A stretch of 63,987 nucleotides of DNA, the filler included, from Octopus bimaculoides (Eukaryota), in the NCBI RefSeq assembly GCF_001194135.2. It is 6 parts of 5 records of this genome, joined end to end, with 100 filler letters (N's around TTAATTAATTAA, not from the genome) between each part and the next. Parts side by side here need not be neighbours in the genome. Positions count along the whole stretch, not along the records: positions 1 to 15,622 come from NC_068989.1; positions 15,723 to 36,779 come from NC_068993.1; 4 more parts are not named here. One strand, given 5' to 3'. Numbering within the stretch: position 1 is the first letter of the stretch; every line of letters starts with the position of its first letter. The translations under genes were made by a program, and so were the position numbers. Of this stretch, positions 12,746-36,024 are shown piece by piece. The notes beneath the pieces are model-generated. The model did no database searches. It had not been told where the DNA came from and saw only the letters and a list, made by a program, of their open reading frames with translations.

Positions 12746-14288
12746 ATTTGCTCTACTTTAGCTTACTATATAATAATACAATTGTAAAATTAAGAATTAT
12801 AGAGAAAACAAACAAGCAAATTACATATGGTATGAGAAAGCAGAAGACACGTGAGTATAAATTGAAGACGAAGTAACATAAATAAAAATGTACAATGAAA
12901 GTAATCATTTTGTTTGAAGAAGCAAATAGAACATGATATTTCGAATGATACCATTTATAAAACGTTTTAGTTGCAAGAATAAGAACACAAAAGTACGAAA
13001 CCAATCTTATCGCACTTTTTGCATGTCATATCTGGTATGGAATAGCACTTATTTTACTCTCTTTCTGTTCACTTTCTTCTTATCTTCTCTCTGAAAACGT
13101 GTATTATCGGAACGTATAATTCCGTGCTCTTTCTTATTTTTATGTGTGGTGATATTATCAATATTTCCGTCTTTGGTTTTTACTTGTTATATTCCAACGC
13201 TTTCCAGAAAAGATATGTTCGCTTGACTGACAACATATTATTTGTTTATTTAACTCTACATTGTTTCATTATTTTCTCGTGATATTTATGTGATTCACAT
13301 ATATTTGTTTGCTTGTCTGTCTAGTTTCTCCTTATGTATGTATGTATGTATGCATGTGTGTGTATGTATGTATTTAACTATGTATCTATCTATTTGTTTA
13401 TCTATTTATCTTAAAACACACGCAAAGATGCATATATGCATGCTTGTGAGCATGTATAACGCTTCTGGTTGCACATGTATTTAGGGTTTGTATTTGTGCT
13501 GCATATTGGTCATTGTTCAGGCAAATAACAACGAGACTGTGCTGTACACAGTTAATTATCAACTTAATTTTTTATTCATGTTCAAATACAAATCTCATTG
13601 TTATAATTAAGAAGAATACAATATTGGCGAAATTAACGAGATATCGTTCTACTTGATAATCAACACCACTGAGTTTACTTAAACATACACATAACTACAA
13701 CAGGATTGTTTTCTATTTTATTTTTCACGATTATAAAATTTTCACGCATTTTTTACTCCATATATTTGTATAATTTTTAATAGGAAATTAGTTGTTATTC
13801 TAGTTTTCGAATTAATAGTATAGTAATTAAATCACAAAATCTGATTCGAAGGTGGGATTAATTAAATATGAAGGAAGTTAATTTAAACAATTTCCATCAA
13901 AGTCTGGCGTGTATAAAAACAAAACAGACTAATAATACTCAACTGTCATAATCTAAAGAATGTTTTATAAGATCCAATTAATATTCAGAACGTTATATCT
14001 CGTACAATTTCAGACGTTTTGAAAAAAATTTCTATAATTTTATATTTGGATTACTACCAATCATATGTTATAACTTTTTTTTTAATTCTTGTTCAGTGAG
14101 AAAAATATGTGCAGCCTCAGGAGACGTCTGACATATTTTTCTGCTTATATATTCATAACAAACACGCTTTCAGTCGTCCACCACAGCATATGACAAGATT
14201 TTTGTCTCCCCATCCTTCTTTCCCATGTACTTTTCATAAATAGACACGCTTGCTTATACATGCATATGCTTGTAGAAGTGAGTCGATA

Positions 14289-14321
<33 letters not shown>

Positions 14322-14431
14322 GTCTCTCTCTGTCTCTGTCTCTCTCTCTCTCTCTCTGTATATATATATATATATATATATANNNNNNNNNNATATAGGT
14401 AAGTATATGTACGTATGTATACATATGCATG

Positions 14432-14463
<32 letters not shown>

Positions 14464-14780
14464 GCATGAATATATGTGCGTGTGTAATATATATGACAAG
14501 CGCGCGCAGACACACACATATATTTATATAAATATATATAGCAATATATAGTTTCACATACGAAATATATATCCAAATGTGTTTGGTTGGAATCACAAAA
14601 GGTGGAATCGAAATGTATATGACTAAAAACAAACACGAACTAGCGTCTTTTAATAACAGCTTTCCGTCTCGATTAAATTACATCAACCTCAAATTATAAC
14701 ACAGCTGTCCTATACCGGAGCCTTGCATATATTTGAAAGGTAATATGAAATATGTCCATAAAATCGACATACTGTGTTGT

Positions 14781-14869
14781 CTGGAGGGTATATCAGCCGA
14801 AGCGTTGTGTTATCAACGAACAAGATGAGGACAAATATCCGTCAAATGTAAATAATGTAAATAATGTAC
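14781..14869 (+). mobile_element. Hammerhead-motif short repeat, copy D (5'-truncated)
   Basis: ctggagggtatatcagccgaagcgttgtg..gtcaaatgtaaataatgtaaataatgtac. Confidence 0.75.
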
Positions 14870-15470
14870 TGTGGAATTTGTGTTCGCTCAAAAATATTTG
14901 TCTATATGCAGTGTGGTTCTTCGTCTAAGTGACATACTGTCTTTTCTATATACTTGTGTCCACAAACTAAACAAATCATAACATAAATGGAATTCTCCGA
15001 TGCACAAGTGAAGGTAGTCTTAATTGTGAACGTCTCGCCTTGTTTGAATTGGAATTCCCAAACTTCCAGTACGTTGGATCATGTTCCACATTGGGACGTC
15101 TACATTTTTTAGCCATTGGTTTCGTGGTCCTCGTGTCAATCTTTCTATTTGTCAGTAGTCTTTTCAGCGATTTGGGTTGCTTTTTACATTACGTATTTTC
15201 AGAATGTTATTCATTTTTGGACCCCTAGTGAGCATACAAAAATAGGGTTGTATACCTCATTGTCTCTAGAGTTGTGAGTTGATATATACGGTAGCATTTT
15301 GAGATGAGGTGTGGTGTTCGGTTTTGGTTCCCTTAGTGTTTTTAGTGCCAACTTTCTTGGCACGGTCAATCCCATCGTCAATAAGTGAGGGTAGATAGTC
15401 TCTGTCGCTTAGTTTTTTCTGAGTTCTTGAAGACGGAGGACTTGAATATTTCCATCAGACGCTCTCCCTC
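14870..15470 (-). mobile_element. Penelope-like element relic with GIY-YIG endonuclease region
   Basis: Minus strand: LQELRK.LSDRDYLPSLIDDGIDRAKK, LPYISTHN, KQPKSLKRLLT, KKCRRP.CGT, FTIKTTFTCASENSIYVMICLVCGHKYIEKT. Confidence 0.75.
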
Positions 15471-15779
15471 TTTCTCTCTCATTCTCTCTTTCTCTCTCAT
15501 TCTCTCTGTTTCTCTCTGTTTCTCTCTTTCTCTCTCATTCTCTCTCTTTCACTCTCATTCTCTCTCTCTCTCACTCTCTCTCTCTTTTCTCTCTTTATAT
15601 ATATATATATATATATATATATNNNNNNNNNNNNNNNNNNNNNNNNNNNNNNNNNNNNNNNNNNNNTTAATTAATTAANNNNNNNNNNNNNNNNNNNNNN
15701 NNNNNNNNNNNNNNNNNNNNNNTATATATATATATATGTATTTATTTATTTATTTGCATACATATACTTGTAAATGTGC

Positions 15780-15811
<32 letters not shown>

Positions 15812-15996
15812 TTGTATGTATATGTATGTATACATATATATGTACATGTATATGTATATATATATTTATGTATATATATTTATGTGTGTATATATATATG
15901 TGTGTGTGTGTGTGTGTATATATATGTATGTATATATATATATATATGTATGTATATTTTTGTATATATATGCATATGAATATATATGCATATGTA

Positions 15997-16083
<87 letters not shown>

Positions 16084-18262
16084 TTGTGTGTGTACTACGT
16101 CGTTATGGCTTAGCAGCCCTCAATGTTCTGTTTTTGTTACCAACTTTGACCCTCCGCAAATCCCAAATTTTATTTCAATCCGCAGGAGCAAATGTTTTCT
16201 TGAAGACACGTCTTGTCGTAATTGTTCGAAATGTGGAGTAGATAAACAGCCGAGAACTGATGAAGGGTCGTTCTTTATGTTACATGTCTTACACTCCATT
16301 CTTTTCTTTCGTTGTTCGCATAAAAAATTTCGTATTCCATGTTTTCGTAATTCGTATCTCGATTTTCATATTGTTTATGTTTTGTGACGTCCTGTACTCA
16401 TAGCCTTTCTTTTCTCGCCCTTTTAAAGGTTCATGGGCCCGGTTTCTCGCTTTCTGCATAAGGTTAAAGATTCTCATTGAACAACCTAAATGTATATCAT
16501 CCCCGGGCATTGATTGCCTACATCCTTTGACTCATCCTCTTTATATAGAAACTTGAAACTCACTGGGGTATATGAATGTGTCTTTGACGTCATTGGCCAT
16601 TTCATCCACATACTGAGTACGAAGTAATTTTGTAATTACTCACAAATAGTATCCTGATAATGATGAAAGACTTTCATACGTTACAATTGGAAGAATTTTT
16701 TCAGTAATAAGTCAGAATAGTGTTTTTCCTATAGTTTAAGAGATACCAGATTTCGAGGCAAGTACTGTAATATAATATTTTTGAATCATGCTGTCATTTT
16801 GTTGTATGGTTTCTTTCTGAAATGCTAAGATCAATGTTTTCGGTTTTACGAATGAGGATTTAAGCAGCAAAAGATATGTTAAAGATTTGTGCTGGTAAGC
16901 ATTCTTCTAACGTGAAGATTTCATAGCTTCATTGCTTAAAATTTGGTTGCACGGAAGACACAAATGTAATTGACTGTTCTCAGAAGAAGCAATAAATTCA
17001 TAAGATTGATAATCGATACTGTATTTGGTGGCAAATTTGTTTTACTGCTAGCATTGGGATACTTAAAAATAACTTTTTAAAAAATCTTTTAAAATAATTT
17101 GGAAAGCAGATTACAAAACTTTACGTTCAGTTGTGCTGAATTATCTGCACATTCAACAGCTAATTAAAATATATTATTCATAAATTTGTATGAGAGATTT
17201 GCATAACTACCCACAAAGAATCTATTGTGTACATATGTGTCCCAACATAAGTATTTACTTGTTTCTGTATGCATTATCTCTAATAACACCATTCTGCTTG
17301 GCATATTAATGATATATGTTGCCCTGAATAGGAAAATCAGTAGAGTATCAGACATAATATCTTCTATTATTTAGATATACACTACTTTGTTCTAGTTTAA
17401 AATCCTGCCAAAGTCAATTTTGCATTTTATCTTTCCGTTATCGCTAAATTAAATACTGGTTAAGTACTAGGGTCAGTATAATAGACTGTACATTCCCACA
17501 AGAAGTTTGGCTTTGTGTCTTTAGTAGAAATCAATTGTATTCAGAAGCAGTGAAAACTCTTGTACCTATATAGGAGAATCAGCCCATATTGTACGTGAAG
17601 GAAAATGGAGCATTAATGTGCGTAAATCAAAAGTGACCAACACCTACCTGTATGCTCTAGAATAGCATGAAGAATCGGCAAATAGTGTCAGAACAGAAAG
17701 TCTGTCGACTTATCCACGCTATCTATATACAATATATCAAACAACATAAAATAATACATACTTCATTTTCTACTTCATAGATAATAAATATCAATGGAAA
17801 ATCTTCACTTAAGTAATAATGTAGGTCGGAAGAAAGAAGTTGGAGTTGGCCCTCGTACTTGGTACTCAGGGTGATCTTGGATGGTGGGATTCCTTGATTA
17901 TCCCTAGAGGTCTTCTTGAATCAGGTGGATTCCATCACGATCACTTTTTTTTCTAGTGTTATATACTATGTATACTTCCCTTCTTCTAATGTATACCATG
18001 TATACTTTTTATTTTATCATTCTATTATATGTAAATCCCAACACTTTATGTCTGTCTTTTGTTCGGAGCTGTAGCACTGTCTGCCATTTATTTATAGAGT
18101 GTCTTATGTATTTTATAATTATTGGTGCCATTATTATATCAATAGATTTATTATATCAATAGATTTATAAATCCTTATTTCTATACATTAACAACAATCC
18201 ATTGATTCCTGCAGCCCTCAAAAAGCAGTTCACATTACAATTATTTTACTGTTTTTATTTAG

Positions 18263-28474
<10,212 letters not shown>

Positions 28475-29099
28475 GGAGGGGCAGAAAGCCAATAGAGAGG
28501 ACTGATTCATAGAAAATCACACATTGTATAACTAACAATAATAATCCGGGTTGTATGTCAACGCCTTATATGCAGTCGTTAATAATTTGTTAAAGAATTA
28601 CAGTTTTTTCAATGTTTTGTTATACCATGAATATGTATTAGAAATCAAGTGTCTTTATACGTAGATAACAAAAAAAGCATCATTATATCATAAGATAACT
28701 ACTTTTATGTAGAAACAGTAAGAGGAAGACTAATACCACAAGGGAACCGGTTAAGAAATAAAAGAAAATTTACATATAACTGCCTATGCTTATTTGAAAG
28801 AAAGCCAGCAAGAAAATTATGGATTATGATGAAAAACCTGAAAGTAATAGAATAAAAGGAAAATTTTGAAAACTATTGGTGTCTTACCCATCCTTTCATT
28901 CATTTTCAACAACCAGCATTTGGCTGGACAACTAACATATGACTAAATATATTTTCATATTTGGCTCTAAGGTTACATATGTGTTTCAAAGTCTGAGAGG
29001 TTCGAGCATTGCATTCATCAAACTAACATATGAATCATAAATCCACTCTTTATACCGGACTTGCATAGGCGGAAAATATCAATTGTCGCATACGAGAAG

Positions 29100-29215
29100 C
29101 TTTACGTTCTGAGGTCAACTTTGCCTTTCGTTCTTTTGGTATCGATATAATAAAAGTACCAGTATTGAGGGAAGTATAATCGACTAACCACAGCCTTCTA
29201 AAGCTGCTGGACTTG
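29100..29215 (+). mobile_element. SINE family 1 fragment
   Basis: tacgttctgaggtcaactttgcctttcg..cgatataataaaagtaccag. Confidence 0.6.
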
Positions 29216-29805
29216 AAAAGAATAATATTTGGAAATCAGACTCCTAAGTAACATATTTGAAGAAGTCCTTTACAAATATTTGAGGTTTCACCATTAAAAA
29301 TTAGTTGGTTGTGAATGTTTCAAAATTGCAGTGTTTTTGCAAATTTTGTGTACCCAATAATCTTGCGCGAAAGATTAGTCTTGTGTATCTCTTGGGTTAT
29401 GTGTAATTCGGTTTGAATCGTATACAAAGCGAAATTAATCGAGTTGCTCAGAAAGTCCTCGCTACTTCAATTATCGTATTTACCGACATATAAAACATAT
29501 TTTATTTTCGGTTTTAATATATCAAAACATTGTCCTGCGTGAATATGGCCATATTGCCGATAGGAGGTCGAATGTTAAGGTCCGGATGAGCGTAGTCCGC
29601 AAAGCACAAAATTGTTACTACCAATAAAATATCATAAACGAACCAAGTTATCACACAGTCTGTTACCACAAATTTACTCAAAATTGCTTACGGTAAGTTG
29701 GCAGTTAGGTGGGGAGCTTACATCATATCTAACCGTTCTTTCTCGGCATACATAACCCACGTCTAACATGTTTCACATTATTTAATGATGGTAAATACTG
29801 CCATG

Positions 29806-29933
29806 GTCAACTTTGCCCTTCATTCTTTTGGGGTCGATAAATTACGTACCAGTTGATCACTGAGGTCGATATAGTCGACTGACACTATCCCCGCAAAATT
29901 TCTGGTCTTCTGCCTGTTGTAGAAAGGATTATT
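29806..29933 (+). mobile_element. SINE family 1 fragment
   Basis: ggtcaactttgcccttcattcttttggggtcgataaatt..taccagtt. Confidence 0.65.
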
Positions 29934-32900
29934 TAATGATTGAGTTACTTCTAAGAAACATTTGTTTATTTTCTAAATGAAAAAATTATCCTAAAAAATA
30001 TGAAAGGAATGTTAACAAACTTTCATCCTCTTTTCGGTTATTTGCATTAAGTGAATGACAAAACCATAGCAGTGCTGCCGATTACCTTAATTCAAAACAT
30101 CACAACCAGAAATATTAGTTTACGTGATAACAAGCACTTTTTATTTTCATATATAACATATAAACATGTACATCTTTTAGAACTTTGTCATTTTATAAGG
30201 TTTTGCCTGCAATTTTTAAAATTAACATAAACATTTATTTACATGAAAGAAAATTACCGGAGAACTTTCTGTTAAAACTGTAATGAAACCATTTGTGGGG
30301 AATTTTTTTATTTTTTTTATCCTGTATGACAATTCTTTTGACGATGATATAAATAACTATTCTGTTGATCTCAAAGAAGTTAACGTTGAGATTTGGGACT
30401 CCCATAACATAGTTTGTTAACTGGCCCTATGCCGTCAAAAATGATGGCTAATTGTAGTATTTTATCATTCAACTACGGTAGTAGGTGAATAACATTCTTA
30501 ACGGTGTAGGGCAGAATTCGTGGCAGACGAACTGTAGAAAGAAACTTCGCTGCGGGCTAGAGGGTTGAACTGTGGTTCGCGCAGGCGGGAGTTCAATTCG
30601 ATATAAACAAGGTAACGGTCGACCAAACAAAGTACTCGCACGTTGTGGCGGCATTAGACGAAGATACGGCAATAAGGGTGCTGGACATTTTAACCAGCCC
30701 CAACCAACGAAAAAATACGCCATATTGAAAGATAGGCTAATGGATACATTCCGATGCAGTGGAACAGAATCGGCAGCCAAGATACTGGAGGAGGAATTAA
30801 GCGATTTCAAGCCTTCGGAACTGATGGACAGGATGTTGGCGTTAGACCCCCACCCAGTGAGTCACCTTCCTTTTTGTTTAAGGAAATATTCCTCTGCAAG
30901 CTGCTTCCCCAAGTCCAGGCCCTCATAACTCAGACCGAAATCAAGGACCTGCGGCAATTAGCAAAGGCAGCTGACAAACATTTTTTTATTATCTAGGGGC
31001 CCCGTGACAGAGTAGGGTTAAGCAAAATGACCTGTGCTTCTACCACGCGAAGTTCGGAAAAAAGGCGACAAAGTGCAAATAACCATGTAACNNNNNNNNN
31101 NNNNNNNNNNNNNNNNNNNNNNNNNNNNNNNNNNNNNNNNNNNNNNNNNNNNNNNNNNNNNNNNNNNNNNNNNNNNNNNNNNNNNNNNNNNNNNNNNNNN
31201 NNNNNNNNNNNNNNNNNNNNNNNNNNNNNNNNNNNNNNNNNNNNNNNNNNNNNNNNNNNNNNNNNNNNNNNNNNNNNNNNNNNNNNNNNNNNNNNNNNNN
31301 NNNNNNNNNNNNNNNNNNNNNNNNNNNNNNNNNNNNNNNNNNNNNNNNNNNNNNNNNNNNNNNNNNNNNNNNNNNNNNNNNNNNNNNNNNNNNNNNNNNN
31401 NNNNNNNNNNNNNNNNNNNNNNNNNNNNNNNNNNNNNNNNNNNNNNNNNNNNNNNNNNNNNNNNNNNNNNNNNNNNNNNNNNNNNNNNNNNNNNNNNNNN
31501 NNNNNNNNNNNNNNNNNNNNNNNNNNNNNNNNNNNNNNNNNNNNNNNNNNNNNNNNNNNNNNNNNNNNNNNNNNNNNNNNNNNNNNNNNNNNNNNNNNNN
31601 NNNNNNNNNNNNNNNNNNNNNNNNNNNNNNNNNNTAAGTTGCCCCAATCTCACCACTCCGGCATTCTCCAAACGTATAGCCCGCCACGGGGTGACACACC
31701 ACATCTCCACCACCGCACCCCCCAGTGCACAGCTGCGCACGTCGTCTATCACTAGACCAACTTGCAATCGCAAAGATCGAGTTCAACAATATGGAGACAT
31801 TGGGTATAGTTCGCCGATCAAGCAGTCCCTGGTCATCACCCCTGCACATGGCCCCCAAATCCAACGGAGGTTATGAACCCTGCGGAGATTACCGCCGTCT
31901 CAACGCGGATACGACGCCTGACTGATACCCCATTCCATTCATACAGGATTTTTCAGCCCAGCTAGCTGGGTGCTCGGTTTTCTCCAAGGTTGTCCTCATC
32001 CGGGGATACCACCAAATACCAGTACAAGACGACGATGTACCGAAAACCGCTGTGATCACTCCTTTCTGTGTGTACGAATTCCTACGTACACCCTTTGGGC
32101 TGAAAATGCAGCACAATCCTTCCAACGCCTGATGGACACTGTGTGCAGAGGCCTCGATTTTGTCTACGTATACTTAGATGATATCCTTATTGCAAGCCCA
32201 AACCCAGAGCTACATATGAAGCACCTAGTGACTCTTTTTGATAGGCTGGAACAGCAATCAACCCCACCAAGTGTGTTTTCGGTGCGTTTTCGGTGCACTA
32301 CACCCTTGCCAGAAAAAGTAAAAGCTATCCTATCCTTTCCACACCCCACCACAAGCAAAGCTCTACATCAATTCGTGGGCATGGTAAACTTTTACCATCG
32401 CTTAATCCCTTCTGCAGCAAAAGTGATAAGACCCCTATACAACGCGCTGTCAAAAGAGGGTTCAAAAAGATAGGTGGAGTGGGATAGTACAATGACTTCA
32501 GCCTTTGAATCCACAAAACAAGCCTTAGCTCAAGCAACCATGTTGTCCCATCCTCATATGTCAGCTTGGACTGCACTCATCCAACACAGCCATTGGGGGT
32601 ATTTTGGAACAACACATCAACAGTCAGTGGCGACCGCTCGCATTCTTCAGCCGACAACTACGACCCCCTGAACAGAAATGCAGTGCTTTTGACAGGGAAC
32701 TACTTTCCGCCACTTTCGCTATTTCCTTGAAGGCCGCACGTTTACAGTATTCACGGATCACAAACCACTCTCCTCGTAATGAGCAAGCTCTCGGAGTTTT
32801 GGTCTGCACGCCAGCAACAACAGCTATCGGCAATTTCTGAGTACACCACAGACATCCAACACATAGCCGGCAAGGCCAACCCAGTTGTCGATGCACTCTC

Positions 32901-32968
32901 TTGTGCTCCTACCCGCTCTCACACCTACCTAGCACCAATAATGGAAGGCTTGGATTACGAAGCTATAG

Positions 32969-34006
32969 ATGCAACCCAACAGACACACGACAAGATCAGG
33001 GCCTACCGCACCGCCATCACATCACTTTCTTTGCAGGATGTACACTTTGGCTCTAACGGCACAACCGTCGATCGTCCCATCAGCCTGGCACAAGAAAGTT
33101 TTGGACATCATTCACGGACTTTCCCACCCATGTACTAAAACCACACGGCAGCTGCTGTCAAGCAAATTTATCTGGTACGCTATGGCCAAGCAAATCGGAG
33201 ACTATACCAGGTCCTGCATCCCTTGTCAACAAGCCAAGGTCCATCAACACACCAAAGCACCCCTCGGCAACTATGAACCACCTCAGGCCCGATTCAGCCA
33301 TGTTAATATCGACCTTGTCGGCCCCCTACCGCCTTCACAGAGTTGTTCATATCTACTGACCTTGATAAACCGCTACACCCGTTGGCCTGAAGCTATCCCT
33401 CTCCGTAGCACAGAAACAAAAGAAGTCAGCCGTGCCTTTAACGCGAACTGGGTCACCCGTTTCGGTGTCCCAGATAGCATCTCATCCGATCGAGGGCCAC
33501 AATTCACCTCAAAGCTGTGGAATGCCATGTGTGACCTTTTCGGAATCACAATGAACCGCACAACAGCCTACCACCTGCAGGCCAACGGATTAGTGGAGAG
33601 GTTTCACCGCCGCCTGAAGGAATCCCTGACAACCAGACTTAACGGGCCAAATTGGATTGACCAACTCTCATCCAGGATGCTGGGAATCCGCACCGCCCCA
33701 AAAGAAAATCTTAACACTTCCTCTGCGGAAATGGTGTACGGTGCTCCCCTTACAGTGCCAGGAGAGTTCCTTCCAAATACGAAGTCAGACCCGGATGTCA
33801 AAAGGTACCTCGCTCAACTGAGAGACAGCATGGGCCAGTTGCGCTCTGTTCCCATGTCGACACACGGAACATCCAGATCATCCGCACCAACTGACCTCCG
33901 CACTTTGTGTTCGTTCGACGTGACACACGACGAAAACCCCTCCAGTTACCCTACGATGGTCCATGTCAAGTCATACATCCGGGAGATAAAACATTCCGAC
34001 TCCTAA
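32969..34006 (+). pseudogene. Gypsy integrase region (longest open frame)
   Basis: IHGLSHP..CIPC; IDLVGPLP; SDRGPQF; NGLVERFHRRLK. Confidence 0.9.
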
Positions 34007-34216
34007 TTGGTGGACGACAAAAGACAGTCTTCATCGTTAAATTGAAACCGGCCCATCTCGATACTAACACCAAGGAGGAGCCGTCCTAGACAGATCACAC
34101 CAACCCTTGACAAGGAACAGTCAGTAAAGAATCGAGTAACCACACGCATGAGCAGGACAATCAAAACGCCTTCTCGTTTCCAATGACAGTCAACAGTTCT
34201 GTCGGGGAGGGAGCTA

Positions 34217-34478
34217 TGTAGAGCAGAATTCGTGACAAACGAACTGTAGACAGAAACTTCGCTGCGGGCTAGCTAGGAAGTTGACCAGCAGCAAAAAAGG
34301 GACTTCCAGGAGGAGAAGCTAAAACAGAAGAATGTCAACTGTGAGTGTGAAACGAATCTGAATGAACTAATCAGAAATAACTGGCGACTTAAGCCCTGAT
34401 GTACGTAAAGTAATACACCTTTGATAAATGTATTCTCGTCTCCACTAGTCTGTTTGCGTATAGCTTAACAAAGCTATA
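34217..34478 (+). repeat. 3' LTR of the Gypsy element
   Basis: TGTAG..CTATA termini; the first ~56 bp match 30505-30560. Confidence 0.85.
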
Positions 34479-34966
34479 ACGGAGCTTTTTTGTCGCAGTC
34501 GGCGTCTTCCAAGCAGTCTCACTAATTCAGTTTTAATCGAAATCAAATTTAGTTTGTTGAATTATGTTTGACTAGTGATAAGCTACATTTAGACATAAAT
34601 GTGCAGTAGAACAAAGGTTAAGAGAAAAAATGTATACACCAAACTGTTTGACTGACGGGTAGTAACGCCCGACACTTTGAATCCACACCATTCTTTTATT
34701 TTGATTAAGAATTATTATATTAATATTAATATGAAAGAAAAATGTTAAAGGAATATATTGGTAAAGGTTTCGTAAAATTTTATCCATTAGAAAAAAAGGT
34801 ATTTAATTTTAATTCTCAAATTTTAATCAATTTTTTTTTTTTGCGTGATGTTAAAGGGACACTACTCAGGCATAACTACAGATTTCTCCCCCCTCTGAAT
34901 TTGGATGATCATAAACTTTCAGGAAAAATGAAATTTTCTACGAATATTTATTATATCATGTAGATT

Positions 34967-35847
34967 CCGAACATACAAAATTTTGGTGGGAACGTGTTTT
35001 AGGAGGGGAATTTCGGAAAATTCACCAGAGTCCACTTCAATTCGTCTTAACTTTCAAAAAAATGGATATTTTTTTTTATGATATCCTCCACAAATATACC
35101 TCGGAGTTTGTAGATACCGAGGACAGGAATTTTGAGAGAAAACAATTGAGGGTTATTTTTTTTACGATTGTTTCTCACTGAGTGGTGTTTGGGAACAACT
35201 CGTCCATATTTGCTTCTTTTTCTCCGTTTTGTGCGTTTATGCATCTGTAGATTTCCACTGAAGCAACAAACGGGCAATGAAGGCAGATGAAGCCCTCACC
35301 AGAAAACTCGTTATGCTAAAATAAAAGCTAAAGGTCTGGTACATAGAAATATGTTATTAAGACGATTTATCTGTTGTATACGATATTTAAGTAAGTTCCC
35401 AGGTAAACGTTTCTAACAGAAAGGCAGAAGACACCAGAAGCAAAAATAAGGAATATACACGCACACTTAAATATAGAAGGTTAAGTATAATTTGTTACAT
35501 AATATCTATAATAAACATGATATTGAATGGAATAATTCTCCGTTTGAACTTTTTTCATTACATACGTGTGTGTGTGTGGTAGAAATCTACGGATGCACAA
35601 ACGACTTGTTCCGAAACACCCCCGAGTGGGGAAATAATTCTCAGAAATAACCCCCAATTGTTTTACCCCAAAATTCCTGTGTCTACGGAATCTATATAGT
35701 CCGGGATATATTTGTAGAGAATTTCGATAAAAAAATATCCATTTTCTTGAAAGTTAAAACGAATTGAAGTGGATGCCAGTGAATTTTCCAAAATTCCTCA
35801 CCCACCCCATCCTAAAACACTTTCCCTCAAAAATTTTGTATATTCGG
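34967..35847. mobile_element. MITE/foldback-like element with ~270-290-bp imperfect inverted arms
   Basis: 34967-35255 aligns to the reverse complement of 35582-35847 (e.g. tccacttcaattcg, aaatggatattttt, caggaattttg, gcatc.gtagatttc). Confidence 0.8.
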
Positions 35848-36024
35848 ACGGGTTATACCGATCGNNNNNNNNNNNNNNNNNNNNNNNNNNNNNNNNNNNN
35901 NNNNNNNNNNNNNNNNNNNNNNNNNNNNNNNNNNNNNNNNNNNNNNNNNNNNNNNNNNNNNNNNNNNNNNNNNNNNNNNNNNNNNNNNNNNNNNNNNNNN
36001 NNNNNNNNNNNNNNNNNNNNNNNT

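Larger units (their letters stand above)
30505..34478 (+). mobile_element. Decayed Ty3/Gypsy LTR retrotransposon
   Basis: TSD ACGG at 30501-04 and 34479-82; 5' LTR remnant 30505-30560; gag (LWFAQA..TKYSHVVAALD); RT (WSSPLHMAPK, PFG, YLDD); RNase H (WRPLAFFSRQL..FDRELL); integrase HHCC plus D,D35E; GPY/F-like LPYDGP; PPT GGGGAGGGAG; 3' LTR 34217-34478. Confidence 0.93.

Noticed and set aside
15667-15678. TTAATTAATTAA between N runs (also at about 36824, 45096, 56023 and 60083)
   Set aside because: An identical six-frame-stop palindrome that always sits inside N padding is a scaffolding spacer, not biology.
16257-16267. CTGATGAAGGG hammerhead-like start
   Set aside because: There is no downstream stem II partner or GAAAC.
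28757-28856. AATAAA hexamers as the DHDH poly(A) signal
   Set aside because: They are common in AT-rich DNA, and one cannot be chosen without 3'-end reads.
29581-29606. CGGATGA-GCG-tagtc-CGC-AAAG
   Set aside because: Two core mismatches and no stem I or III.
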